Assembly (NCBI RefSeq): GCF_003918875.1
Contig: NW_025767597.1
Coordinates: 372,001-433,103 of the forward strand
Direction: 5' to 3'
DNA from: Haliotis rubra
Lineage: Eukaryota
Length of the DNA stretch: 61,103 nucleotides
The notes under the pieces were generated by a model. It was not told the DNA's origin. It searched no databases and was given only the letters and a program-made list of their open reading frames with translations. Shown piece by piece: positions 24,507-37,400 of this stretch. Within the stretch, counting starts at the first letter, position 1. The number at the start of each line of letters is the position of its first letter. The translations under genes and the position numbers were made by a program.

Positions 24507-27500
24507 TCACTGGCTACTGCAGGCAGCCACATCAGCCTCAGGGAAGACGAGGAACCCGAATGACTTCCCGGGGAAGGTAACAGTGTTTCTTTCCGTCCTG
24601 TAAGGTTTCAGCTCCGGCAGCGTATTATTGACAAGCTTTATCGGGTCGTTGTTCAAGGCCACGGTCCTGAAATGGTGAAGACTGATTATGAACTTTGCAT
24701 GATAATTGTATATTGTATTTTTCCTGAATCATATTTGCATGTAGAAATGATAAGTGTTGTCGTGGCAGGTCATTCATCACTTTTCAAGTGATTTTCTGTA
24801 GTTTTCAGAAGAAACTACTTAGTTAAATGTATCACTTATATAATCAATCTAAACTCTCGTTGTGGAAATTAGTCCACCTATTGGTGTTAATCGGGAAGCT
24901 TTTGGAAGTTGCTGGAGGAACTATTTGCCAGTGAGTCTATTGAATGGTGTGAGTCAGAAGACAGCTATGCTGGTGGAGGGACTTACTTGCTAGTGAGTCC
25001 ATCGACTGGCGTCAACCAGAACACATCTACAAATTGGTTGGGAAATTGCGGAAACGTAATGGAGGTATTGTTATCCGTGGGCAGCAGGAAGTACATCGTC
25101 ACACTGCCGGGCACGTAGCCATAGGAACTAAAACACAACACTTAATATTAGAGGACAGCTTCCCTTGGCATGAACATGAATCTGAACTTATTATGTCTTA
25201 CTCCTATGTTCTATATTGCGTATGTTTCATTCTTAATGACGCACGGAAGAAGACCTATGTTGACACATTCTTTACAAATGAAGGAAAATGTAGACAAACG
25301 CTTGGCATAATGGTTCGGGCGGGTCATATAAGGAAACATGTAAAGATGGTACTTTTTGTTTTGCCGCCTGGTGCTCGGTATTAAGGGGATAAGACAACTA
25401 CTGTTTGCCTTGGAGTGTGAGATGTATATGAAATACAGAATATTTTGCGACATGGTCTCTCACTGCGCTGGAAGGGTATTATAGGTCCACATCATCCAAA
25501 GAATATTATATCTAACACTATTTTAAACGTAGAATATTTGTCATCTAAAATTTGGCTCAATTTGCTAACTATGGCAAAGGACTGAAGGGATGGTGTAAAT
25601 CCAGCTGGGATCCATATAGGTAGCAAATGTGCTGCTAGCCTCCATCCTATCTAGTATGGCATATACCTTCAGTTGCCCGTTTTATTTCTTATTGCATTAT
25701 CTTGAATAGAGGTAGAGGTTACCGGCGCTTGTTCAGCCCAGTAACAGCAGCCAGCACAAATACCTCCGCACACCCTTTCATCCACCCCTATCAATAATCT
25801 TGATACCGAACCACATTTCATTGTATCTAACCTCATCTTGCTTCCATGTCTTTCAAAAGAGATTTTTATCTATAGATCAACGTGTAAACAGGCTAATGCA
25901 TTACAATATCTGGCAGCATTTTGGGGGTTGAATTTACTTGGATGGCTTTGTGCAGTGGGCGTAGGCTCTGATGGTGCTGTTGTCCACGCTTGCCTCCACA
26001 GAAAGTACGGGTCCTCCCACCAGTCTCTTGTAGAGGACAGTTAACCAGTAGTCCTGCAGTTGAAGACATGAATCAAACACCATCATTACCTTTCATCAAT
26101 ACAGATAGAAATATCAAATTTGGCTATGTTAAATGTTCACTTTAATTTATTGCTTACAGTGTTTTATGCTGTGAACTGTTTGAGAAAACAACATCACACT
26201 GAATGTGCCTAACTATTTATTATTTTAACATCTTTTCAGTATTTCAATTCCGTCAGTGTCGTTTGTTTTATTCTGTTACGCGCCATCATGTGCACTCATC
26301 TTTGGCAATGATGAGAAATAAATATCTTTCATCGTTATCGCGCAAACTGCTGTTTCCAAATGAGGTGTAACGGAATCTAAATCTCTATTAAGATAGATGT
26401 CCACATGACCAAGAATATATAACATCAATGAAGTGTGTGAGTGATTATATGTTTAACGCCTCATCAGAAATCTTGTACCACTTGGAGCCAAGCATCACAT
26501 TTAATCAAATTCATTGCATGATTGGTGATTGTTTCATTCCTTGATATACATGCATACCATCAATTGCACTTTGAGTTGTTTCGCCACCTTCATTTAATAG
26601 CCTGAGTTATGACTGAAATACATCATCAAAGTAAACGCATACGTAAAATATCAAATGTAATTGGTTTCAGATTAGTCAGTCTTGAATTTTCGGTGAAACA
26701 CACCCCACTGGTCTTAAAATGAAAACAGTGGTACATTCTATCAGATTAGGTCATTGAGATTCGCTGATTGATTGTTTTAGGTGCTACATCCTTATGATAG
26801 TCCCAGTACATCGATATCCCAGCAGGTGGACGCAACCCTTCCCATTTCCTACCTTACACACCCCAGCCACATCCCCTGAGAAAGGTTTCACTTTGTGGCT
26901 TGGTCCGTTTGTAAAAATTAAACACTATCTTTGAAAACTGGACATTTAATCCACACAAGATATATACATAAAGAACTGGTCAGTTTCATACTTACAGGCA
27001 ACGGATCAAAGGTACTATTGCCAATCAGTGAATATCTTTCGGCGTAGAATTCCTGTCTGAGAACTCCTTTCAGCCCCATCCGGGCAGCAATACCAAGTTT
27101 GTCCAGCCACCTGAACAGTGTACACTTTCAAAAGGCGGTGTCGATGTTGCATTTGAATGTAAGTCCCTGTTATTTTATTAAACAAACGTTCTTACAACGG
27201 AAGGCAGATCTTATCTTGGGCTACTTATTTCGTAAATATCATTTACCATCAGTGTTCATTATGCGAGTTCGGGGCAGTGGGGTAGCCTAGTGATTAAAGC
27301 GTTCGCTCGTCACGCAGAAGACCCGGGTTTTATTCCACACATGGGTACAATGTGTGAAACCCATTTCTGGTGTCCCCCGCCGTGATATTGCTGGAATATT
27401 GCTAAAAGCGGCGTTATACAGAACTCACTCACTCACTCACTCACTCATAATGCAAGTATAGTTGACTCGCGTACACAGTGGATACTGGTTATATTCAGCT

Positions 27501-30500
27501 CATGTTTTACGCACAAAAACCCAGCGACGTATCTGTCGGACATCCCCGGGGCACCACCAGGAGAAGAGGAGGACGTCTCTCCCAGCCAGATTGGGGTATG
27601 TGGGTTTGTGCGTCTTGCCACACCCAACCCTGTCTGTATATAACTGACCAGTGTGTCCATCAACTTGGTATCGGTAAAATTAGACAGGTGTGCAGTTCGG
27701 TCACTGGTGTAGTATCTGTAACAAACAAGGATAGGTTTGACAGTGTTTATCATCTTCCTTGTCAAGTTGGAAATATTGCAAACAAATAAAACATGCTATC
27801 GTTCTCAGTAGCATGACTTGTTTATACAAGCAGCCACGCCTGCCATGATGAACTTCAACGATTGATGATAAAAGGCTATATTTCAGAAGGTCATTTTCAT
27901 GTAACAAATGTGGACTCCAGTAATTAGACATTAATTAGTTGATCTTTCAGTAAGTCAAGGACACATTAAATGGAACTGTATAAAAGTATGAAAGTAATAA
28001 GATTAGAATATTTAACCATACACGTATTTGAGCAATATCGAACAATTCATAAATATCAAATATAACTGCACGTACTGGTGAAAGGTTATTCTGTCCACAG
28101 CTCTGTCTCCTCCTGCTGCGAAGTAACTGAGGAAGCAAAGAAGAATGATATATATATATATACATATATAACGTTTTAAACATTGTAAACTGCGGTCAAG
28201 ATTCCCACACAGACCGATGCTGGATGTTCTAAGTAAACATAAACAGTTCACCGCTGGTCCTGATGTAATAGAAAGTGTCATACCTTGGTCCATCAACAGC
28301 CTTAATAATGCAATTGTTAAGGTTAGCACCAACAAGAAAGCCAATATTACCGCTATTTAAAGCGGGAATTCGGGTTGCTTGGACTTGTTTGACCCAGAAT
28401 ATCTGCTAGTCGAAAGCCAATTAATGTCGAATGAACCGTAAGCCCACGCACCCACTTTGACGTCACTGGACAACAGAACTGATAGTGGCCTGTCGTTAAG
28501 GTTGAGCGGTCCAATATCATTTGCAGCGGCCCGCAAATTTCTGATAATGGGAGGGCCGTTTCATGATAATTCCATGTATTTTAGCTATAATGTTTCTTAT
28601 GCACTGACAAAACGATATGCTATAGTGTCATACGTCTCACTGATGTACTCACTCAGCAACGAATGCGCTTGATCGACCTACGTTCACGTCAGGTCCAATT
28701 ACTAGTGTTGACTCATACCCGGGTGTCGATCGGAGCAACTTCTTGAAGTTGTAGACGTCCATACCCAACTGACTGGAACTCACAGTGATGTTATATGTGC
28801 CAGGGAATAAGTCAGCTTCTGTAGTGAGTGAGTGAGTTTAGTTTAGTTTTATGCCGCACTCAGCAATATTCCACCTATATGGCGGCGGTCTGTAAATAAT
28901 CGGATCTGGACCAGACAATTCTTGGATCAACAGCATGAACATCAATCTACACAATTGGGAACCGATGACATGTGTCAACCCAGTCAGCGAGCCTGACCAT
29001 GCGCATCTTCACGGGTTCGGCTTCTGTAATAATTAACACTTTATGAGAACATATGAAGAACTGTCGTTATTAAGTCATACATAATAGTAGGAACTGTACT
29101 TTGATTATAAAATGAAGTGGAACATTAAAAGTTATGAGTCTTGCACATTGTTTTACACATTGTATTTAATTTTGCATGTTAAATTCGAGTCATTTTACGG
29201 AAGTAACATGGTAAATTTCTGTCATATGTTTCCATGCATGGTTATATTGATACCATTTCCGAGTTCAAGGCCTGCCAGTTGGTACCCCTTCGCACTGTTG
29301 TATTGCAGCAGTTCTTTGGCGTTGGTAGGATCCCAGTGACCATCCTTCCTCTTCAGTACGTTCAGACCAAATATAAACTTCCAGTTGACATCCCGGACAA
29401 ATGTATTAACAGCATCCCAGGTAGCTCCTGCAGACACAACATACTTAACTACAGTGAGATCACCAAATATATTTACTGTTCAAATTAAATCCTCGTCCCC
29501 CCAAAACAACTGTATAGGCCTTCTAGATATACACATGTGCAATACCATAGCTGGACAAACTATATAGTATATATGTATTATAAATCGATTAACGCACCTG
29601 TATATACACGGTTGCTATCTACTGTGCCATAATCTGTAGGGACAAAGGTCACGTTGTCACCCTCAGTTCCTCCAATCCTCAGATAGCATGGAGACAAACC
29701 TTTAGCCAGGGCCTGAACTTTTTCAGAGCTGGAGGTAAACAACAACGAGATACAGGGACAATCTTTATAGTAAGTTACCATCTTTATGTATATTGGCATC
29801 GAGGCAGAATCAACGAACTGAAGCACTTACAATGTATTTGCAGACAACATACCAAAACAGAAATGGCATTATGCATTGACATGCATTACGGTTTTGTGCT
29901 AAACGGTTTGCAAACCATTGTTCTTACAGACACCTTCAAATTTGAACTAGTTTGCTTGAAATGATTAGTTTGATTAGGTTTTTCTGTCTGTATTTTATAA
30001 TGATTTAAAAACATGTAAATTTGATACAGACGTGCCCCAGAGCGCAAATAGAGTACACTATGGTTTTGTTCTCAAAATGACTCCCAATTTTAGTTCGTTA
30101 TGACTGTAGTTTGTTACATGCAGTCTGTTACATGCAGTTCGTTACATGCAGTTCGTTACATGTAGTTCGTTTCGACTAGAAAATTCAGGCGGTGGCTGGA
30201 ACAAAAACCAAACACGTCGATGTATTTGTTAGTTCTATATAAACGTAGTTTACTGTACGAGTGTGTTCAGAAAACGCATTATGAAGTTCAAATGAACAGA
30301 ATTTTCAGTAACTTGAAGTCTATTGGTGGCCTACTTACTTGAAGTCTAATCGTCCCCAATGCCGTTGGGTGGGCAGTAGACTGGACTCCAGTGTTACGCC
30401 AACAAACAAGTCATCAATAAATGAAACTGTTTGTGTTGTTGAAACTGTGACATTAACATTGACTACTCCCGCTGTGTGGAATATGAAGGTGGTGACCAGG

Positions 30501-32275
30501 AGGAGAGTATATAACATCACGCACTTATATTACATCACGCACTTACATAACATACCTTACACGTGATTAGACTAGGAGTGCCAACCTTGAACAGGCCCAT
30601 GCTGGTGTATTAATGAAGAAAAAATAGCTTATTTTACACGCACTTTCAGCAACAAGGTGACACAATGGCATATTAACAAAAACTATATCGAGCGTAATCC
30701 GTGTTGTACATGCGGATTATCGTTGTTACCTTCAGATACCTTAGGGTAAAGATGTATTGATGCCTTCAGGTCTTGCTCTCAGAGTAATGCAGATACTGAT
30801 TTGCATACAGCATATTTCAGGTCCTATGGGCCACGATGCAGTTGGTTTTACATTCGTGAGTTAATCACGTAAATTTATAACCCGGTTTATAAGAGAACAA
30901 AAATCAAGATGGTATGACTTTCACTGAAATCTTGGTGACAGGAGCACATTCATGTATACCTAACATGATGTGGAAGGTAAACACCTACGTATAACTGAAT
31001 TTAATAACAAAATAACAAATACCTGAATCAACACAACAGAAATGGAATAATGCATTTACATACATTACGTTTCTTTGCTTAACGATTTGGACAGAACGTT
31101 CTTACAGACATCTGCTGACATGAACTAGTTTGTTTGAAGTGGTTAGCTTGATTAGGTTCCTCTGTCTGTATTTGTCAGTGATATTCAAAAATGAGGATTT
31201 GACATATGACGTGCCCAAGAGCGTAAATAGAGTGCACTATGTTTTTTCTCAAAGAGACCACATATTTAAGTTCGTGACATATAGTTCGTTACATGTAGTT
31301 CGTGACATATAGTTCGTTACATGCAGTTCGTTACATATAGTTCGTTACATGTAGTTCGTTAAATATAGTTCGTTACATATAGTTCGTTACATGTAGTTCG
31401 TTACATGTAGTTCGTTACATGTAGTTCGTTACATATAGTTCGTTACATGCAGTTCGTTACATGTAGTTCGTTACATGTAGTTCGCTACATGTAGTTTGTC
31501 ACATATAGTTCGTTACATATAGTTCGCTACATGTAGTTCGTTACATAGAGTTCGTTACATGGAGTTCGTTACATATAGTTCGTTACATGTAGTTCGTCAC
31601 ATGAAGTTCGTTACATATAGTTCGTTACATGTAGTTCGGTACATGTAGTTCGTTACATGTTGTTCGTCACATGTAGTTCGTTACATGGAGTTCGTTACAT
31701 GTAGTTCGTTACATATAGTTCGTTACATGTAGTTCGTCACATGTAGTTCGCTACATGTAGTTCGTTACATGGAGTTCGTTACATGTAGTTCGTTACATGT
31801 TGTTCGTTACATGTTGTTCGTTACATCTAGTTCGTTACATGTAGTTCGTTACATGTAGTTCGTTACATATAGTTCGTTACATGTAGTTCGTTACATGTAG
31901 TTCGTTACATGTAGTTCGTTTCGGCTAAATAATACAGACGGTGGCTGGAACAAACAACACACAAACACTTCGATGTATTGGTTAGTCCGTTATAAACATA
32001 GTTTACTGTGTGAGCGTTGTGAATACAAATTAAGAACTTCAAATGAACAGAGTTTTCGTCTATTGACGATCACCTTGACCTACTTACTTGAAGTCCAGTC
32101 CTTTCCAGTGCTGTGAGGTGGGCAGTAGACCGGAGTCCAGTGTTACGCCAACAAACAAGTCATCAATAATTGAAACTGCTTGTGTTGTTGAAACTGTGAC
32201 ATTAACATGGACTACTCCCGCTGTGTGGGATATGAAGGTGGTGACCAGGAGGAGAGTTGACAGCGTTACCTTCAT
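24507..32275 (-). CDS. HPSE: Heparanase-like GH79 beta-glucuronidase copy C, 10 exons, about 480 aa, signal peptide; alternative exon 1 at 30517-30339
   Basis: Exons 32275-32088, 29728-29598, 29427-29254, 28818-28653, 28126-28076, 27715-27515, 27110-26996, 26053-25938, 25127-24987, 24666-24507 sum to 1443 nt (481 codons) with no internal stop seen. Motifs LELGN|EAD, IWLGETSS, WLDKLG, YAHC, VAACSSQ*. Confidence 0.88.
27270..27445 (+). mobile_element. tRNA-derived SINE
   Basis: A box TAGCCTAGTG, degenerate B box, GATATTGCTGGAATATTGCT core, (ACTC)n tail, imperfect TSD catwatgcragt. Confidence 0.85.
28824..29019 (-). mobile_element. SINE-like dispersed repeat inserted at the exon 4 acceptor of copy C
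   Basis: CCCGTGAAGAT...GGTCAGGCTCGCTGAC...TGGTCCAGA...GGAATATTGCTGAG...(ACTC)n; 9-bp TSD GCTTCTGTA at 28815-28823 and 29020-29028. Confidence 0.85.
30339..30517 (-). CDS. Duplicated proximal first exon (1a) of copy C
   Basis: [59 protein letters not shown] followed by gtaag; 179 nt, phase 2 like the other exon 1 copies. Confidence 0.65.
31269..31920. repeat. 14-bp minisatellite, about 46 copies
   Basis: AGTTCGTTACATGT; a short version lies at about 30095-30170. Confidence 0.95.
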
Positions 32276-32721
32276 CTTCTCAGATTGCTCTCATGTGAAT
32301 GTATTCCACGATTAATCTGAGATCTGGTGTGGTTTTATATAGACTGTGTTTATCTACAGATTTGAAAAATATCAATAACAATACGCACTTATATAACATC
32401 ACTCACTTATGTAATATCACGCACTTATATAACATACTTTACACGTGATAAGCATGACATTCATTATCTCAGGATTTTCTTATCTGAATGTATGTCACAT
32501 GTACTCTGCACTTATCTGAGGTGGTCTTACATGCATATAGGCTGTGTAGCATCACTAATGTGTATCATGTTGTGTCGTCATAAGCAAATAGTGCTATTTA
32601 TATTAATATATATATATTGTGTTGTGAGGTTATTGATACAAAAGTCACGTTGTTTGTATCGTTATAGGTACATGTTGTCTTGTGTCATTACTGACACTTA
32701 TACGTGGTTTATCTTTCATAT

Positions 32722-33475
32722 ATGTGTTGTGCCATTATTGATACATGTCGTGCTGTATCATCTGTGATACATATTGTGTAGTTATATTATTGAACATATA
32801 GTGTTGTGCCATCATTGATACATGTCGTTCTGTGTCATCTGTGATACATATTGTGTAGTTATATTATTGAACATATAGTGTTGTGCCATCATTGATACAT
32901 GTCGTGCTGTGTCATCTGTGATACATATTGTGTAGTTATATTATTGAACATATAGTGTTGTGCCATCATTGATACATCATCTGTGATAGTTAGTTATATT
33001 ATTGAACATATAGTGTTGTGCCATCATTGATACATGTCGTTCTGTGTCATCTGTGATACATATTGTGTAGTTATATTATTGAACATATAGTGTTGTGCCA
33101 TCATTGATACATGTCGTGCTGTGTCATCTGTGATACATATTGTGTAGTTATATTATTGAACATATAGTGTTGTGCCATCATTGATACATGTCGTGCTGTG
33201 TCATCTGTGATACATATTGTGTACTTATATTATTGAACATATAGTGTTGTGCCATCATTGATACATGTCGTGCTGTGTCATCTGTGATACATATTGTGTA
33301 GTTATATTATTGAACATATTGTGTTGTGCCATCATTGATACATGTCGTGCTCTGTCTTCTGTGATACATATTGTGTTGCTTCTTAATTGAACATATTGTG
33401 TAGTTTTATTATTGAACATATAGTATTGTGCCATCATTGATACATGTCGTGTTGTCTTGTCTATGATACATATTG
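32722..33475. repeat. 77-bp minisatellite, about 9-10 copies
   Basis: ATCATTGATACATGTCGTGCTGTGTCATCTGTGATACATATTGTGTAGTTATATTATTGAACATATAGTGTTGTGCC. Confidence 0.93.
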
Positions 33476-33627
33476 AGTTTTTTCATCACTGAAGATATTA
33501 TGTTGTGTCAAGACTGATCACATTATGGTGTGTCGGCAGAGTTACATAACGTGCTGTGCCGATATAAATGCACACATAGTTTTGTCATCATTGAAACATA
33601 TCCTGCCTGTGCAGTTTTGAATCATAT

Positions 33628-33799
33628 AGGGGGCGGTGGGGTTGCCTAATGGTTAAAGCGTTGGCTCGTCACGCCGAAGACCCGGGTTCGAATCCCCACA
33701 TGGGTACAATGTGTGAAGCCTATTTCTGGTGTCCCCCGCCGTGATGTTGCTGGAATATTGCTAAAAGCGGCGTAAAACCAAACTCAGTCAGTCAGTCAG
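33628..33799 (+). mobile_element. tRNA-derived SINE
   Basis: A box, B box GGTTCGAATCC, (CAGT)n tail, TSD ttgaatcata. Confidence 0.9.
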
Positions 33800-34410
33800 T
33801 TGAATCATAATGTGCCCGTCTCGACTAGTCTATTGAGGTTGGCACTCTTGCTTTATTACGCACTTTTAACCCATACCTTATATGTGATGAGACGGTGAGT
33901 TTCAGGCATGAACGAGTCCGTGTTTGTGTCTTAATGAAGAATAAATTGCTGGTTATATATACACATACTTTCAGCAACAAGGTTACACAATGACATATGT
34001 AACGACACATATTTCGAATGTAATCGGTGGTGTACATGCGGCTTATCATTGTTACCTTCAGATACCTTGTGGTAAAGATGTTTTGAAGCCTTTAGTTCTT
34101 GCTCTCAGTGTAATGCAGATAATGATTTGTATACAACATATTTCAGGCCATATGGGATCCGATGCAGTTAGTTTTACATTCGTGAGTTAATCAATTTAAA
34201 AGCTGGTTTAAAAAAGGAAAAATTCAGGTGGTATGACCTTCATTGAAATCTTGGGTGCACAGTCGTGTACCCCGTGTATATCTGAAATAATGTGAACGGT
34301 AAACATCTAAGTATAAATGTATTCCATTAAAAAATAACAAATCAAGAATACACATTCAGATTTATTTTCATAGCAAGTGCAAATTCTCCTGAATCATTCT
34401 GTGAACATCA

Positions 34411-37400
34411 TCACTGGCTACTGCAGGCAGCCACGTCAGCCTCAGGGAAGACGAGGAACCCGAATGACTTCCCGGGGAAGGTAACAGTGTTTCTTCCCGT
34501 CCTGTAAGGTTTCAGCTCCGGCAGCGTATTATTGACAAGTTTTAGCGGGTTGTTGTTCAAGGCCACGGTCCTGAAATGGTGAAGACTGATTATGAACTTT
34601 ACATGATAATTGTATATTGTATTTTTCCTGAATCATATTTGCATGTAGAAATAATAAGTGTTATTATGGCAGCTCATTCATCACGTTTCAACTGATTTTC
34701 TGTGGTTTTCCAGAAGAAACTTCTCAGTTAAATTTATCACCTGTAACATCAGTCTACACTCTCGTTGTGGAAATTCCCAGGTAATGAGTTTACCAATTGG
34801 TGTGAACCAGAAAGCGTTTGGAGGTTGGCTGGTAGAATTACTTGCTAGTGAGTCCATCGACTGGCGTCAGCCAGAACACATCTACAGGTTGGTTGGGAAA
34901 TTGTGGAAACGTAATGGAGGTAGTGTTATCCGTGGGCAGCAGGAAGTACATCGTCACGCTTCCGGGCCCGTAGCCATAGGAACTAAAACACAACACTTTA
35001 TATTAGAGGACCGTTTCCCTTGACTAAATATGTATCTGAACCTATAACGTTTTACTCCTATATTCTGTATTGATTATGTTCATTCTAACTATCTATAGAC
35101 GTGTATAATAAGGAATGAAAATGGGAACATTAGATTCATATTATAAATATCTCATGAGAAAGATTTATATCGACATATAGTTAAACTTGCGAATTTGCAA
35201 TTTACAAGGATGGCTTTGTGCAGTGGGCGTAGGCTCTGATGGTGCTGTTGTCCACGCTCGCCTCCACAGAAAACACGGCGTCCCCCACCAGTCTCTTGTA
35301 CAGGACAGTTGACCAGTAGTCCTGCAGTAGAAGACATGAATAAAACAAACTCATAAACTGTCATTAACATATATGTAAAGATAAGATAATTCTTTATTGT
35401 CCCAAGGGAAATTTGTTTTGCATCATACGTTCTCCAGTTTTTCATTCATAAAGCAGCCATACATAACACTGCAATTGGTAAAGATACAGCAAAGGTACAA
35501 TTCACTACAACTATGTTTTGCTGCGCTAAATATTCACTTCAACATATCGCTCAAAATGTTGTAACATTTTCCGAAAATGTGTCTTTGAAGAGGCCGATCT
35601 GAAATATCTATATGTATTCAACTCAGTATTACAGCTCAGTCAGTGTGTGGATGTTTCATTTGTTGGATGCCATCTGCATTCTTATTTCCATTTTGAGAAA
35701 AACATTATCTTCTACCGTTACCGTTATCTCATGTACTGCACTGCTAACTGTGGTGCCACTGAGTGCTACCGACGTCTTTATGACCTAGAAGGCCAGGTTG
35801 TATAAGACCAGGTTACATAAGGCCAGGTTATATAAGACCAGGTTACATAAAGCCAGGTTATATAAGATCAGGTTATATATGGCCAGGTTATATAAGATCA
35901 GGCTATATAAGGCCAGGTTATATAAGGCCAGGTTATATAGGGCCAGGTTATATAGGGCCAGGTTATATAATGCCAGGTTATATAATGCCAGGTTATATAA
36001 GTCTAGGTTATATAAGACCAGGTTATATAGGGCCAGGTTATATAAGGCCAGGTTATATAAGACAAGGTTATATAAGGCCAGGTTATATAAGACCAGGTTA
36101 TATAGGGCCAGGTTATATAAGACCAGGTTACATAAAGCCAGGTTATATAAGTTTAGGTTATATATGGCCAGGTTATATAAGACCAGGTTACATAAAGCCA
36201 GGTTATATAAGACCAGGTTACATAAGTTCAGGTTATATAAGACCAGGTTACATAAAGTCAGGTTATATAAGATCAGGTTATATATGGCCAGGTTATATTA
36301 GGCCAGGTTATATACGACCAGGTTATATAAGACAAGGTTATATAAGACGAGGTTATATACGGTCAGGTAATATAAGGCTAGGTTATATAGGGCCAGGTTA
36401 TATAAGACCAGGTTATATATGGTCAGGTTATATAAGATCAGGCTATATAAGGCCAGGTTATATAAGGCCAGGTTATATAGGGCCAGGTTATATAGGGCCA
36501 GGTTATATAATGCCAGGTTATATAATGCCAGGTTATATAAGTCTAGGTTATATAAGACCAGGTTATATAGGGCCAGGTTATATAAGGCCAGGTTATATAA
36601 GGCCAGGTTATATAAGACAAGGTTATATAAGGCCAGGTTATATAAGACCAGGTTATATAGGGCCAGGTTATATAAGACCAGGTTACATAAAGCCAGGTTA
36701 TATAAGTTTAGGTTATATATGGCCAGGTTATATAAGACCAGGTTACATAAAGCCAGGTTATATAAGACCAGGTTACATAAGTTCAGGTTATATAAGACCA
36801 GGTTACATAAAGTCAGGTTATATAAGATCAGGTTATATATGGCCAGGTTATATTAGACCAGGTTATATACGACCAGGTTATATAAGACAAGGTTATATAA
36901 GACGAGGTTATATACGGTCAGGTAATATAAGGCTAGGTTATATAGGGCCAGGTTATATAAGACCAGGTTATATATGGTCAGGTTATATAAGATCAGGCTA
37001 TATAAGGCCAGGTTATATAAGGCTAGGTTATATAAGGCCAGGGTATATACGGCCAGGTTATATAAGACCAGGTTATATAAGATCAGGTTATATAAGACCA
37101 GGTTATATAAGGCTAGGTTATATAAGGCCAGGTTGTATACGGCCAGGTTATATAAGACCAGGTTATATAAGGCAAGGTTATATAAGGCCAGGTTATATAA
37201 GACGAGGTTATATAGGGTCAGGTTATATAAGACCAGGTTATATAAGGCTAGGTTTTATAAGGCCAGATTATATACGACCAGGTTATATATGGCCAGGTTA
37301 TATAAGGCCAGGTTATATAAGGTCAGGTTAGTGAGTGAGTATTGCGAAATGCCGCATCAGGAACCTTGCCACATCAATCACAACATATGTGACTATTACT

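Noticed and set aside
33628-33705. tRNA genes at the SINE heads (also 27270, 45161, 41830)
   Set aside because: They have A/B boxes but continue into SINE body, tail and TSD, with no proper acceptor stem.
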